From the NCBI GenBank assembly GCA_041659045.1, contig JBAZZB010000002.1:21427-85426 (forward strand): DNA of 64,000 nucleotides, in the 5' to 3' direction. The notes below the pieces were generated by a model. The model had not been told where the DNA came from and did no database searches. It was given only the letters and a program-made list of their open reading frames with translations. A program made the translations under genes and the position numbers. How positions within the stretch are numbered: the stretch's first letter is position 1; each line of letters begins with the position of its first letter. The stretch comes from Patescibacteria group bacterium. Its GTDB lineage: Bacteria; Patescibacteriota; Patescibacteriia; SG8-24; DYFX01. Shown here one piece after another: positions 19,031 to 30,111 of this stretch.

Positions 19031-21501
19031 TAGACGAGGGTTACGCTCGAGACGGAATCTTTCTCCGCCTTGAAGCGCATGACGCGCACGCCCTGGGTCT
19101 GGCGACCGAGTTGCGGCACGGTCGCGAGCGAGAAGCGAATGACCTGTCCCTTTTCAGAGATGACGATCACGTCGCGATCATCCTTCGAGTTGATGAGCAT
19201 TGCTTGGACAATCGAACCGGTCTTGGCGGTGACTTCAGCCGTTTTGATGCCGGAGCCAGCGCGACCTTGCACCTTGTACTCGCTCAGGTTGGTGCGCTTG
19301 CCGTAGCCGTGCTCCATGACGACCATAAGATCGAAGGCGCCCTTGTCGACAGACTTGCCGTCGACGACGTCCATACCGACGATCGCGTCTTTCCCCTTCA
19401 TGCGCATACCCGTCACGCCAGCGGCCGAACGACCCATGGCGCGCACATCTTTTTCGTTGAAGCGGATCGACTGACCGTGCGCGGTGATGACGATAATATC
19501 GTCATTGCCGCTGGACGGTTTCACCCATTCGAGATTGTCTTCGGGACGAATCTTGATAGCAATGAGGCCTGAACGGCGCACGTCTTTAAATTCGGAAATT
19601 TCCGTCTTCTTGATGACGCCGTTGCGCGTCACCATCACAAGGAACTTCGCGTCGGCGAGCTCAGAGGCCGTCATCGAAGACGAAACCTTCTCGTTCGGCG
19701 CGAGTTGCAAGAAGTTGACGATCGCCTGGCCCTTCGAGGTGCGCGAAGCCTGCGGTACATCGTAGGCTTTGAGTTGGAAGACGCGTCCGCGCGTCGTGAA
19801 GAAGAGGAGGTCGGCGTGCGTGTTCGTGGTGAACATCTGGCTCACGATGTCTTCTTCCTTCGTAGCGATGCCGGCGACGCCTTTGCCACCGCGCGTCTGC
19901 TGCTTGAAGGTGTCGGGGTGCACGCGCTTGATGTAGCCGTCGGCCGTGAGCATGACGATCGTCGGCTCGTTGGCGACGAAATCTTCGGCGGAGAATTCCT
20001 TCACGCCATGCGCGACGATCTGCGTCTTGCGATCGGTGGAGTGCTTGTCGCGAATTGCCTGAACTTCATCCTTGATGATGCCAAGAATACGCTTCGGAGA
20101 TTCCAAAATCGCTTCGAGCTCTTTGATGAGTTCGAGTTTTTCTTTGAGTTCGTCGGTGATCTTTTTGGCTTCGAGGTTGGCGAGCTGCTGGAGGCGCATG
20201 TCGAGCACGGCCTGCGCTTGGATATCGTCCAACTTGAACTTGGATTTCAAGTTCGTTTTCGCTTCGTCCTTATCCTTCGAGGCCTTGATCGTCTTGATGA
20301 CAGCGTCGAGATTATCGAGCGCGATCTTCAAGCCCTTCAAAATGTGGGCGCGTTCTTTGGCACGCGCGAGGTCGTAGGCGGTGCGGCGGCGGACGACTTC
20401 CTGGCGATGCTTCACGTAGGCTTCGAGCACCGCTTTCAAGTTCATGATGCGCGGCTGGATACCACCATCAAGCGCCAACATGTTGACGTGGAAGGTTTCC
20501 TGCAGCTGTGTCAGGTTGAAGAGACGGTTCAAGACCTTCTTCGGATAGGCGTCGCGCTTGAGTTCGATCACGACACGCACGCCTTCCTTGTTCGATTCGT
20601 CGCGGAGGTCTTTGATGCCTTCGATTTTCTTTTCGCGCACGAGGTCGGCGATTTTCTCAAGAAGCTGTGCCTTGTTCACCTGGTACGGAACTTCGTTGAC
20701 GATGATGTTGAAACCGCCCTTGGTTTCGACGATGTCCGTTTTCGCGCGCATGACGATGCCGCCCTTGCCCGTGGCGTAGGCCTTCTTGATTTCCTTGGCG
20801 TCGTAAATGATGCCGCCGGTCGGGAAGTCGGGGCCTTTGACGAACTTGAAGAGGTCGTCGACGGAGCAATCTTTGTCTCCGATCAAATGAATGACCGCGT
20901 CGCAAATTTCGCCGACGTTGTGCGGCGGAATGTTGGTGGCCATACCGACGGCAATACCGAGCGTGCCGTTGATGAGCAGGTTCGGGAGCTTGGCGGGAAG
21001 TACCGTTGGTTCTTTGTGCGCGCCGTCGTAGTTCGGAACGAAATCGACCGTGTCGCGATCGATGTCCTGAAGCATCTCCTCGGAAATGGAGTGAAGCTTG
21101 GCTTCCGTGTAGCGCATGGCCGCGGCCGAGTCGCCGTCCATCGAGCCGAAGTTGCCTTGGCCGTGAACAAGCGGAGCGCGCATCGCGAAATCCTGCGCCA
21201 TGCGAACCATGGAGTCGTAGATGGCAGAGTCGCCGTGCGGGTGGTATTTGGCCATGACTTCACCGACCACGTTCGCCGATTTGCGGAACTTGGCGCTGGG
21301 GCGCAGGCCGATCGACCACATCGCGTACAAAATACGACGGTGCACGGGCTTGAGGCCGTCGCGCACGTCCGGCAAAGCACGGCTCACGATGACGGACATC
21401 GCGTAGTCCAAATACGAATCCTGCACCTCGTCGACAATCGAGCGAGGTTCGAGGCGGCCAACGTTGAGTTCGTCGATGGAAGTCTGTTCAGGCGGCTTCA
21501 T
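19030..21501 (-). CDS. gyrA: DNA gyrase subunit A
   Basis: [28 protein letters not shown]…[10 protein letters not shown] (QRDR region), the GyrA box and a C-terminal beta-pinwheel; 823 aa. Confidence 0.95.
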   Translation of the reverse strand: MKPPEQTSIDELNVGRLEPRSIVDEVQDSYLDYAMSVIVSRALPDVRDGLKPVHRRILYAMWSIGLRPSAKFRKSANVVGEVMAKYHPHGDSAIYDSMVRMAQDFAMRAPLVHGQGNFGSMDGDSAAAMRYTEAKLHSISEEMLQDIDRDTVDFVPNYDGAHKEPTVLPAKLPNLLINGTLGIAVGMATNIPPHNVGEICDAVIHLIGDKDCSVDDLFKFVKGPDFPTGGIIYDAKEIKKAYATGKGGIVMRAKTDIVETKGGFNIIVNEVPYQVNKAQLLEKIADLVREKKIEGIKDLRDESNKEGVRVVIELKRDAYPKKVLNRLFNLTQLQETFHVNMLALDGGIQPRIMNLKAVLEAYVKHRQEVVRRRTAYDLARAKERAHILKGLKIALDNLDAVIKTIKASKDKDEAKTNLKSKFKLDDIQAQAVLDMRLQQLANLEAKKITDELKEKLELIKELEAILESPKRILGIIKDEVQAIRDKHSTDRKTQIVAHGVKEFSAEDFVANEPTIVMLTADGYIKRVHPDTFKQQTRGGKGVAGIATKEEDIVSQMFTTNTHADLLFFTTRGRVFQLKAYDVPQASRTSKGQAIVNFLQLAPNEKVSSSMTASELADAKFLVMVTRNGVIKKTEISEFKDVRRSGLIAIKIRPEDNLEWVKPSSGNDDIIVITAHGQSIRFNEKDVRAMGRSAAGVTGMRMKGKDAIVGMDVVDGKSVDKGAFDLMVVMEHGYGKRTNLSEYKVQGRAGSGIKTAEVTAKTGSIVQAMLINSKDDRDVIVISEKGQVIRFSLATVPQLGRQTQGVRVMRFKAEKDSVSSVTLV

Positions 21502-21507
21502 AGAGGT

Positions 21508-21861
21508 TCAGGGAGTTTCCGTTTCAGGAGTCGTGGTAGCGGGAGCGGTTTCACCGGAGAGAATCTTGGCTTTCAAATTTTCGACGGCTTGGCTTTGCGC
21601 ATCGTGCGCCGTAGAGACGACCGAAAGCGTATTCGCGACGTCGAGGAGTACGGCTTTGATCGGAGCGGCTCGCGTGATCACTCCGTCAGTGAGCACGGAC
21701 CAACGCGGAACGTCGTCAGGATGCGTCCCAATGTCTTGATACCGCAGCGTCAGCGCATAGAGACCCGTGATGCCGAGCATCGAAACGCCAACCAAGAATC
21801 CGAGCAGGAGTTCCTGCTGAGCTTTGGTGCGCGGGGCCTTTTTGTGCGCAATGTGCGGCAT
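21508..21861 (-). CDS. small membrane protein (hypothetical)
   Basis: MPHIAHKKAPRTKAQQELLLGFLVGVSMLGITGLYALTL… has one TM. Its start overlaps the upstream stop (TGATG coupling). Confidence 0.55.
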   Translation of the reverse strand: MPHIAHKKAPRTKAQQELLLGFLVGVSMLGITGLYALTLRYQDIGTHPDDVPRWSVLTDGVITRAAPIKAVLLDVANTLSVVSTAHDAQSQAVENLKAKILSGETAPATTTPETETP

Positions 21862-22511
21862 CAGGCTTTCGAGAGAAGAACGATGAATGTTTCGTCTTGC
21901 GGCAGGTCTTTCTTCATGACCTTCCATTTGTCGCTTTCGATCGTCTTGGCGCCGAGCTCTTTTGCGAAGGGGGCAACGTCACCGGCGGTGAGATCGATCT
22001 CCTTCATCTTATAATGCATCGGAATGACGACGCGCGGTTCCATGCGGGTCACGAGGTCAGCCGCGGCCTGAGCCGAGAGCACGTCTCCCCCGCCGACGGG
22101 GATCATGAGCACGTCGACTTCGCCGATCTGCGCGAGCTGCTCGTCAGTCAGCGGCTTGTCGAGTCCGCCGAGGTGCACGACGCGCATGTCATCGACGAGG
22201 AAATGATAGATCGTGTTGCGATGATAGTCTTTCGATTCGCCCTTCTCGTGCCCTGCGGGCGTGCCGTAGATCGGAATGCCGCGGACTTCGTATTCGCCGG
22301 GGTGCTCGACGAGAAACGCCTTCTCGCCCGCCGCTTCGATGTTGTTGTGATGCTCGTGCGTGCGGCGGCTGATGGTTAGGACATCAGCATTCAAATTGCG
22401 AGGGAGCTTGCCGATGCTCTCCGAATACGGATCGGTGACGAGACTGATTTCTTCATTGCCGATTTTGGTCGTGATCTTGAAGCAGGAAACCCCGAAAAAC
22501 TGGATGGTCAT
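21861..22511 (-). CDS. MBL-fold metal-dependent hydrolase (UPF0173-like)
   Basis: MTIQFFGVSCFKITT…LVTDPY…HEHHNN…metal-binding His motifs of the beta-lactamase fold. The internal ATG (~22509-22511 by ORF frame) is preferred over the GTG at 22673. Confidence 0.8.
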   Translation of the reverse strand: MTIQFFGVSCFKITTKIGNEEISLVTDPYSESIGKLPRNLNADVLTISRRTHEHHNNIEAAGEKAFLVEHPGEYEVRGIPIYGTPAGHEKGESKDYHRNTIYHFLVDDMRVVHLGGLDKPLTDEQLAQIGEVDVLMIPVGGGDVLSAQAAADLVTRMEPRVVIPMHYKMKEIDLTAGDVAPFAKELGAKTIESDKWKVMKKDLPQDETFIVLLSKA

Positions 22512-22609
22512 GCGCGTCTGATTTACAGCCTTTTTACGAGGGCAGTTTAGCATTCGACCACTGCCGAGGCAAGGGGGTTCTTGGAACGAAAAAGACCCCG
22601 TAGGAGGGG

Positions 22610-22909
22610 TCAGAGGCCGGATGAAACGTGCCAGAAGAGGAAGAAGGCGATCAGTGCTGCGACGCCACAGCACAGGCGCGAGAACCGCGACGCCGACTCC
22701 ATCTCAAGCATGGCATACCGGCAGGCGAAGCCAAGCGTCAGCCCAAGCATGGCGATGCTGTAGACGCTCATACGACCGCGCAGATTGAGCTGCGGATCGA
22801 TTCCTGTTCCGACGAACACGCCGCCGACAAACACTATGAAGCCGATGGCACTGACAATGAACAAGAGCAGTTGAACCACGTTCACACGAACGACTTTTTC
22901 CTGAGACAC
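22610..22909 (-). CDS. small membrane protein (99 aa), GTG start
   Basis: GGGAGG RBS plus a 5-nt spacer before GTG at 22907-22909. Two or three TM helices. The ORF-track N-terminal extension overlaps the next gene and is spurious. Confidence 0.55.
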   Translation of the reverse strand: MSQEKVVRVNVVQLLLFIVSAIGFIVFVGGVFVGTGIDPQLNLRGRMSVYSIAMLGLTLGFACRYAMLEMESASRFSRLCCGVAALIAFFLFWHVSSGL

Positions 22910-22991
22910 GAGAACCTCCCGGTTGGATGTCTGGACGATAGGTGGAAGGGCGGGCAGCGTCAAGGACTCGGCGGAACAAAAATGACGCCCT

Positions 22992-23276
22992 TTATGTAAA
23001 AGGCGTCCAAGCGATGATTGGGGCCAAGCCCGCAAGACAGACCGCGATCTGCAGGAGAGACATCGCGCAAAGCGCGAGACCCAAGAGCGCGTACTTCCGT
23101 TGCGACGGCGAGCGGAGGTAGTGGAGGAATTCAAGACCGCACAAGCCCTCGAAGATTCCAAAAGTCAGCATCGGTAGAATGAGGGTCAGCGGCACGGTCA
23201 TGATGCCGATGAGCACGAACGTTGATCGGCGCGGACGAGGGCGCGTTTGAGAAGCGACACTGCCGGTACTGCGCAT
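22992..23276 (-). CDS. small membrane protein (94 aa)
   Basis: AAAGGAGG RBS plus a 5-nt spacer before the ATG; three hydrophobic helices. Confidence 0.6.
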   Translation of the reverse strand: MRSTGSVASQTRPRPRRSTFVLIGIMTVPLTLILPMLTFGIFEGLCGLEFLHYLRSPSQRKYALLGLALCAMSLLQIAVCLAGLAPIIAWTPFT

Positions 23277-23339
23277 GTGCGCCTCCTTTCACTTCGTGGA
23301 TATACGATAGGGCCAGCGTCACGCGAAGTCAAAGAAAAA

Positions 23340-23372
23340 CTCCACATCAGATGATGTGGAGTTTTTGTCGCG
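23340..23372 (-). terminator. terminator after the cyt-b5 lipoprotein gene
   Basis: Minus strand CTCCACATCATCTGATGTGGAG followed by TTTTTC. Confidence 0.55.
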
Positions 23373-23915
23373 CTATTTTAGGACGCCGATCTTGAACGTG
23401 GCGAGACGGCTTTCTTGCGGAGCTGATCCGCCGTGCTGCTCGTTGAAATCCTTACTGCCATCGCGCCCGCAGAGCAGGCTGATAGCGACTGCGCCGCCCG
23501 GGTGCTTGCCGATCCAGGTCGTGAGGTCGTAGACCGAGCCGTTTACGACGGACCAGCAGCTCGTCGCGTTTTTGTGTACGGCGACCTCGGACATCGAGTA
23601 CGTCTTGAGACTGTCCGACGCGCCTGTTGAAGGTGTCGGCGTTGGGGCCGGCGTCACACGATCGTCATCGTCGGATTCTTTTTCATCCTCGTCCTCGCTC
23701 TCGTTCTCAACTTCACCCCTTTTCGTGTCATCACCATCTTCGAGTTTGCTGTCGTCTTCCTTCTTCACATCATCGGAAGATCCTCCGTCGCGCTGGTCGT
23801 TATCATCGGTCTCCTGGGTTTCAGAAGCCGAGCGCGTTGCGTCTTCGAGACTCTTTTCGCAGCCGGCTCCAATCAAAAGCAGCACGGAAGCGAGAATAAC
23901 AAGTGACTTCTTCAT
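23373..23915 (-). CDS. lipoprotein with cytochrome b5-like heme-binding domain
   Basis: Lipobox LLLIGAGC, a long acidic low-complexity linker, then a C-terminal cyt-b5 domain (YSMSEVAVH…CWSVVNGSVYDLTTWIGKHPGG…DFNEQH). Confidence 0.7.
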   Translation of the reverse strand: MKKSLVILASVLLLIGAGCEKSLEDATRSASETQETDDNDQRDGGSSDDVKKEDDSKLEDGDDTKRGEVENESEDEDEKESDDDDRVTPAPTPTPSTGASDSLKTYSMSEVAVHKNATSCWSVVNGSVYDLTTWIGKHPGGAVAISLLCGRDGSKDFNEQHGGSAPQESRLATFKIGVLK

Positions 23916-24001
23916 AGTAGACGAAGTATATACCCTGCAAAAAATAAAAGAAGCGTCACAGAATCATGACGCCGCTAGGGCTGAACTCTTACGCATTCCC
24001 G

Positions 24002-24430
24002 TTAGACAGTCTTTGCCTGCGGGAGAGTCTTCCCCCGATGACGCTCCAACTCGTCGCGTCCTTTCGGGGTCAGCGTGTACCGGCAGATGTCGACTCGAAG
24101 CTGTCCGCCGGAAGGATGCTGCGCATACTCCTGCCGCCAGACCTGCTCGAGGTGGCCGCTCTCGACCAGGTTCTCCAGAAAGACGTGCGGCGCAGTGAGG
24201 TGCACCACCCTGCCCAACTCTCTTCCGGACACCCCTTCCGTGCTGGTATCGAGGATCTCGAGAACCCGCACGCGACAGGTCGCTGCTCGCCACCTCCAAA
24301 GCAGGGTGACGAGACCCGCGCTCACGGCGAGGCCGACGAACAGCCCCATGAAGCCGAAGACGGCTCTGAAGACATGCATCAGAATGATGGGGGCAAGGAA
24401 CGTCACGAGCAAAACGTGTCTCTTTTTCAC
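24002..24430 (-). CDS. membrane-anchored winged-helix protein (putative regulator)
   Basis: Two N-terminal TM helices, then VLEILDTSTEGVSGRELGRVV…LENLVESGHLEQV, a wHTH-like segment (PadR/MarR-like). Confidence 0.5.
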   Translation of the reverse strand: MKKRHVLLVTFLAPIILMHVFRAVFGFMGLFVGLAVSAGLVTLLWRWRAATCRVRVLEILDTSTEGVSGRELGRVVHLTAPHVFLENLVESGHLEQVWRQEYAQHPSGGQLRVDICRYTLTPKGRDELERHRGKTLPQAKTV

Positions 24431-24477
24431 GGTTTTACCTCCTTTGGACCCTGCTTTTGTAGCTTAAATTGGGGGTC

Positions 24478-24506
24478 TTGTCAATTCTCCTCTTTTCCTC
24501 TATAGT
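24478..24506 (+). promoter_or_regulatory. sigma70-like promoter for rpsA-ftsH
   Basis: TTGTCA, 17 nt, TATAGT, about 90 nt upstream of rpsA. Confidence 0.5.
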
Positions 24507-24598
24507 CCGAGCGGACAAAACTGGGCCAACGGGCGGCCCTTCTTAATTCTTTATCCAGCCCGAATTTATTTAGGTAAAACTTTATTCTTAACGTTCCT

Positions 24599-25721
24599 AT
24601 GTCAGAAACAAAAACCACCAAGCTCGACCTTAAAGCGCTGCTCGAAGACAAGAGCTGGCTCAAGATTCCGAAGGTCGGCGACGTCGTCAAAGGCGTCATT
24701 ATCTCGCTCTCCAAGAACGAAATCCGCATCGACATCGAAGGTTATAAAACGGGCGTCGTCCGCGGCCGCGAATTGTTCGCGGAAGCCGTCGAATACGCCG
24801 ACCTCGCTGTTGCCCAGGACGTCGAAGCCACCGTCATCGATCTCGAAAACGAGATGGGTGAAGTTGAATTGTCGTTCCGCTATGCCGGTCAGCAGAAAGC
24901 CTGGGAAGTCCTCCGCAAGCTCATGGACTCGGGCGAACTCATCGACGCCAAGATCATCGAAGCCAACAAGGGCGGCCTTCTCGCCAACGTCAACCACGTG
25001 AACGGCTTCTTGCCGGTCTCGCAGCTCTCCCCCGACAACTACCCGCGCGTCTCCGGCGGCGACAAGATCAAGATTCTCGAGAAGCTCAAGAGCTTCGTCG
25101 GCACCACGATGAAAGTCAAAGTCATCGATGTGAACGAACGCGAAGAGAAGCTGATTGTCTCCGAGAAGTCCGTGTGGGAAGAAGCTCAGAAGGGCGTGCT
25201 CGATAAGTACAAGCTCGGCGATCTCGTCGAGGGTGCGATCACCGCGATTGCCGACTTCGGCGTCTTCGTGAAGTTCGACAACCTCGAAGGCCTCGTCCAC
25301 ATCTCCGAAATCGCCTGGCAGCGCATCGATCACCCGCGCGACCTCGTGAAGGTCGGTGAAGTCGTCAAAGCTGAAATCATCGGCATCGAAGGTTCCAAGA
25401 TCTTCCTCTCGATGAAGAAGCTCATCCAGGATCCGTGGAAGACGGTCAACGACAAGTACAAGATCGGCGACAAAGTCGAAGGCAAGATCTTGAAGATCAA
25501 CCCCTTTGGTTTCTTCGTTGAACTCGACCGCGACATCCACGGCCTCGCCCACATCTCCGAACTCTCGAAAAAACCGGTCAAAAACGTCACCGATATCGCG
25601 AAGATCGGCGACACGATGACCTTCAAAATCGTCTCGATCGAGCCGGAACAGCATCGCCTGGGCCTCTCGCTGAAGGCTATGGAAGAAGGCGGTTCCAGTG
25701 AGGCCGAGGCTCCCAAAGCCA

Positions 25722-25729
<8 letters not shown>
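24599..25729 (+). CDS. rpsA: 30S ribosomal protein S1 (short, 4 S1 domains)
   Basis: Four S1 domains (GDVVKGVII…, GELIDAKIIE…, GDLVEGAITA…, GDKVEGKILK…); 376 aa. Confidence 0.9.
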
Positions 25730-27539
<1,810 letters not shown>

Positions 27540-27542
27540 TAA

Positions 27543-27570
27543 AAAGAGAGCCTCACGGCTCTCTTTTTAT
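27543..27570 (+). terminator. ftsH rho-independent terminator
   Basis: GAGAGCC-TCAC-GGCTCTC followed by TTTTT. Confidence 0.7.
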
Positions 27571-27580
27571 GTCATTTCTT

Positions 27581-27610
27581 TTTTGTCATCCCGAGCGAAG
27601 TCGAGGGATC
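27581..27610. repeat. inverted repeat, left arm (TTTTGTCATCCCGAGCGAAGTCGAGGGATC)
   Basis: Exact reverse complement of 27908..27937. Confidence 0.85.
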
Positions 27611-27906
27611 TATTGGCCGGTGATCTCCGCACCCCAGTCTTCCCATTTCGGATTGAGACTTTCAATCAGTTTTAACTTTTTCCCTCGATTCCAATTCTTC
27701 AATTGTTTCTCTCTTTCCAACGCTCTGTCGATGTATTGAAATTCTTCATAGTAGACGAGTTGATGGTAACAATATTTTTTTGTGAACCCATCCACCGACG
27801 CCTCCTTGTGCTCTTGAACCCGACGTTCTAAATCACCTGTTATTCCAACGTAAAGAACGCCGCTCAAACTCGACAGGATATAGACATAATACTTCCGTGA
27901 TTCCAT
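27610..27906 (-). CDS. GIY-YIG nuclease family protein (98 aa)
   Basis: YYVYILSSLSGVLYVGITGDLERRVQEH…NRGKKLKLIE is the GIY-YIG motif; UPF0213/homing-endonuclease-like. Confidence 0.85.
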   Translation of the reverse strand: MESRKYYVYILSSLSGVLYVGITGDLERRVQEHKEASVDGFTKKYCYHQLVYYEEFQYIDRALEREKQLKNWNRGKKLKLIESLNPKWEDWGAEITGQ

Positions 27907-27907
27907 A

Positions 27908-27937
27908 GATCCCTCGACTTCGCTCGGGATGACAAAA
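27908..27937. repeat. inverted repeat, right arm
   Basis: GATCCCTCGACTTCGCTCGGGATGACAAAA, the reverse complement of 27581..27610. Confidence 0.85.
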
Positions 27938-27985
27938 ATACAGCTGCGTACTGGGTACCGAATCGTAATACTTCATGTCAACACC

Positions 27986-28030
27986 AAAAGAAAAAGAACC
28001 GGCTCCCGAACGGGGCCGATTCTGCGTTTG
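27986..28030 (-). repeat. terminator module copy 1 (hairpin plus T-run)
   Basis: AAAAGAAAAAGAACCGGCTCCCGAACGGGGCCGA…TTCTGCG is about 90% identical to 28750..28790. On the minus strand it folds as a CGGCCCCG/CGGGAGCCG stem plus a T-run. Coordinates are ±3. Confidence 0.5.
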
Positions 28031-28041
28031 AGGCATACTCG

Positions 28042-28713
28042 TTATCGCCAGCGTGTTTCCGAGGGCGGCTTCAAAATTGTCTCCCGCTTTCTCAAGTTGA
28101 GGATGCCGCGCGGAGCGACAAGTGGAGGATCGACTTCGTGAATGATCTGCACGCCGTTGCCGAAGCCGGGGGCGCGCAGAAACATTGCTGTGCCAGGTTC
28201 GGTCAGAAACGCATCGATCTCGCGAAGGCGATCGTAACGCGGCGGATTGGTCTCCGGAGCGTGAACCCGAACGTGAGCGGAGCCGAACAACGTGAACGTC
28301 ACGCTCAACGTTTGGTCGCTGACACGATCGCGATGCGGCGAGATGCGATCATGCGTGTCGCGGTAGCGCTGATAGCCGATCTCGCTCGGTTGCCAACCTT
28401 GCAACTCGGGGTACTCGTGCAACAGAGGCGTAACCAATTCCGTCAGCGCGCGGCACAGCTCGGAACCGATCGGCACGTCTTCGTGACCAAGCGGACGATA
28501 GGCACGCTCATGCAGCTGACGCACTTGGTTGGGCGAGTCCTGATTGATCGGATACCGTTCGTGATCGCCGACCTCAAGAGGCAGGCGGGACAACTCTTCC
28601 ACCAGAGCAGCTCTGAGGTCTTCGGTGATTGCCGAGGCGACGAATGCGTATCCTACGACACGCGTTCGTTCAAGCACGTCGCGCAGATCGAACGTATCGC
28701 GGAATACGAGCAT
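28042..28713 (-). CDS. hypothetical protein (223 aa)
   Basis: The internal ATG at ~28713 starts MLVFRDTFDLRDVLE…; an HxD…H segment (ISPHRD…AHVRVH) hints at a cupin/2OG-oxygenase-like fold with low certainty. The N-terminal 133 codons of ORF 28042..29112 are R-rich and overlap the next gene. Confidence 0.5.
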   Translation of the reverse strand: MLVFRDTFDLRDVLERTRVVGYAFVASAITEDLRAALVEELSRLPLEVGDHERYPINQDSPNQVRQLHERAYRPLGHEDVPIGSELCRALTELVTPLLHEYPELQGWQPSEIGYQRYRDTHDRISPHRDRVSDQTLSVTFTLFGSAHVRVHAPETNPPRYDRLREIDAFLTEPGTAMFLRAPGFGNGVQIIHEVDPPLVAPRGILNLRKRETILKPPSETRWR

Positions 28714-28749
28714 GGTTCCCTCCGGGCCTGGTTGTACCGCATCTCCAAG

Positions 28750-28790
28750 AAAAGAAAAAGAACCGGCTCCCGAAAGGGGCCAGTTCTGCG
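28750..28790 (-). repeat. terminator module copy 2
   Basis: AAAAGAAAAAGAACCGGCTCCCGAAAGGGGCCAGTTCTGCG immediately 3' of the gene at 28791. Confidence 0.5.
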
Positions 28791-29444
28791 CTAGGCGTCG
28801 TCTCCGCTCATTCGTTCCAGTCGCTCCTGGTGGCAGAAGATGATGGCAACGAGGATGCCGCCCAAGCCGCCGCTGATGCAGACCATCTCGCGCTCGCCGT
28901 CTTCTTCCAGAAGCGGGCTCGTTTCGAGATCTGCGAGACAGGCCTCGTTCAACCCATCGCTCGCGTGACCGCGAACGCTCGCGAGTTTGTGCCGAGCGGC
29001 AGCGCGCGAGGGTAGAACCCAGACGCGGTTGCCGGTCTCGTCGAACTCGGAGAGAAGGGCTTCCGTTCCGCTTCCTTCCTCCGGTACGACGAAATTGTAG
29101 CCAGACACACAATCACAGAACGTGTCGAGATCTTCTTCTGCGATGGCGCGATCTTCTCCGACGAACTGTTCCATGATGTACGCGGCGGTCCAGCCGCGCA
29201 TCACAGAGCCTTCCAGATCGGACGTTTCCGGCAGCAGGCAGCTCTCCAAGAGATCGTGCGACGTGGTACGCATGTCCTGAGACGTGCCTTCCGCGCGCCC
29301 GACGAGCGCTCGCACCTCCGCGCGAGCGTAGCACGCGTGGAGTCGATGCTCGCCGTCTGCTGCTTCGATGTAGACGAAAGCTCCGGGCGGTGAAGGAAGG
29401 TCATCGGGTGAAAAGAACAGCCAGCTTACCCGGTCGTTCGACAT
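28791..29444 (-). CDS. hypothetical acidic protein (217 aa)
   Basis: ORF with protein-like composition; no domain recognised. Confidence 0.5.
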   Translation of the reverse strand: MSNDRVSWLFFSPDDLPSPPGAFVYIEAADGEHRLHACYARAEVRALVGRAEGTSQDMRTTSHDLLESCLLPETSDLEGSVMRGWTAAYIMEQFVGEDRAIAEEDLDTFCDCVSGYNFVVPEEGSGTEALLSEFDETGNRVWVLPSRAAARHKLASVRGHASDGLNEACLADLETSPLLEEDGEREMVCISGGLGGILVAIIFCHQERLERMSGDDA

Positions 29445-29533
29445 GGGTTCTCCTGTGGTATGCCGAAAGACTAGGCGGATTTTCTTCGGTTGTCAATGCT
29501 TGACGTAACCGCATTTTCTTTTAAGATGTCGCT

Positions 29534-30058
29534 ATGAAGATTTACGTCGGATCGCTCAATCCCGCCAAAGTCGAGGCCGTGCGCGAAGCACTGTCCGACT
29601 ATCCCCTCTTCGCCAACTGCGAAGTCGTCGGCTTTGAGGCATCCTCCGGCGTGTCGGAACAACCTAAATCGCTCGATGAGACGATGCGCGGCGCGATCAC
29701 ACGAGCCAAGCATGCCTGGCAGGAAGGTGGCGTCGGTTTCGGACTCGAATCCGGACTCATGCAGGTGCCGCACACTGAAACCGGCCACATGGACGTCTGC
29801 GTCTGCGCGATCTGGGACGGCCAGAAGCACGTCACCGGCATCTCCTCGGCCTGGGAATGTCCGCCGGAAATCACGAAGATGATGATCGAGGACGGCATGG
29901 ACATGCAGGAAGCCTTCTACCGATCCGGACGCACCGACGATCCAAAGATCGGCTCCTCGATCGGCGCGATCGGCCTCTTAACCGAAGGCCGCATCGACCG
30001 CAAAGCCTACACTAAGCAAGCGATCCACATGGCGATGATCCATTTGAAGAAGCCGTAA
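29534..30058 (+). CDS. yjjX: inosine/xanthosine triphosphatase (YjjX/NTPase_I-T family)
   Basis: MKIYVGSLNPAKVEAVREAL…SSGVSEQPKSLDETMRGAITRA matches the YjjX motif pattern; 174 aa. Confidence 0.75.
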   Translation: MKIYVGSLNPAKVEAVREALSDYPLFANCEVVGFEASSGVSEQPKSLDETMRGAITRAKHAWQEGGVGFGLESGLMQVPHTETGHMDVCVCAIWDGQKHVTGISSAWECPPEITKMMIEDGMDMQEAFYRSGRTDDPKIGSSIGAIGLLTEGRIDRKAYTKQAIHMAMIHLKKP

Positions 30059-30111
30059 GGCTTCTTTTCTGTTATACTGAAAGCACTATGTTCGACTTAT
30101 TTGGAGGAGGT

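Larger units (their letters stand above)
27581..27938. mobile_element. AT-rich GIY-YIG nuclease mini-element bounded by perfect 30-bp terminal inverted repeats
   Basis: The two IRs abut the stop and start codons of a single 297-bp GIY-YIG ORF. Local GC is markedly lower than its neighbours. Confidence 0.55.

Noticed and set aside
19705-22014. 769-aa plus-strand ORF
   Set aside because: Antisense shadow of gyrA (and neighbours). gyrA is unambiguous.
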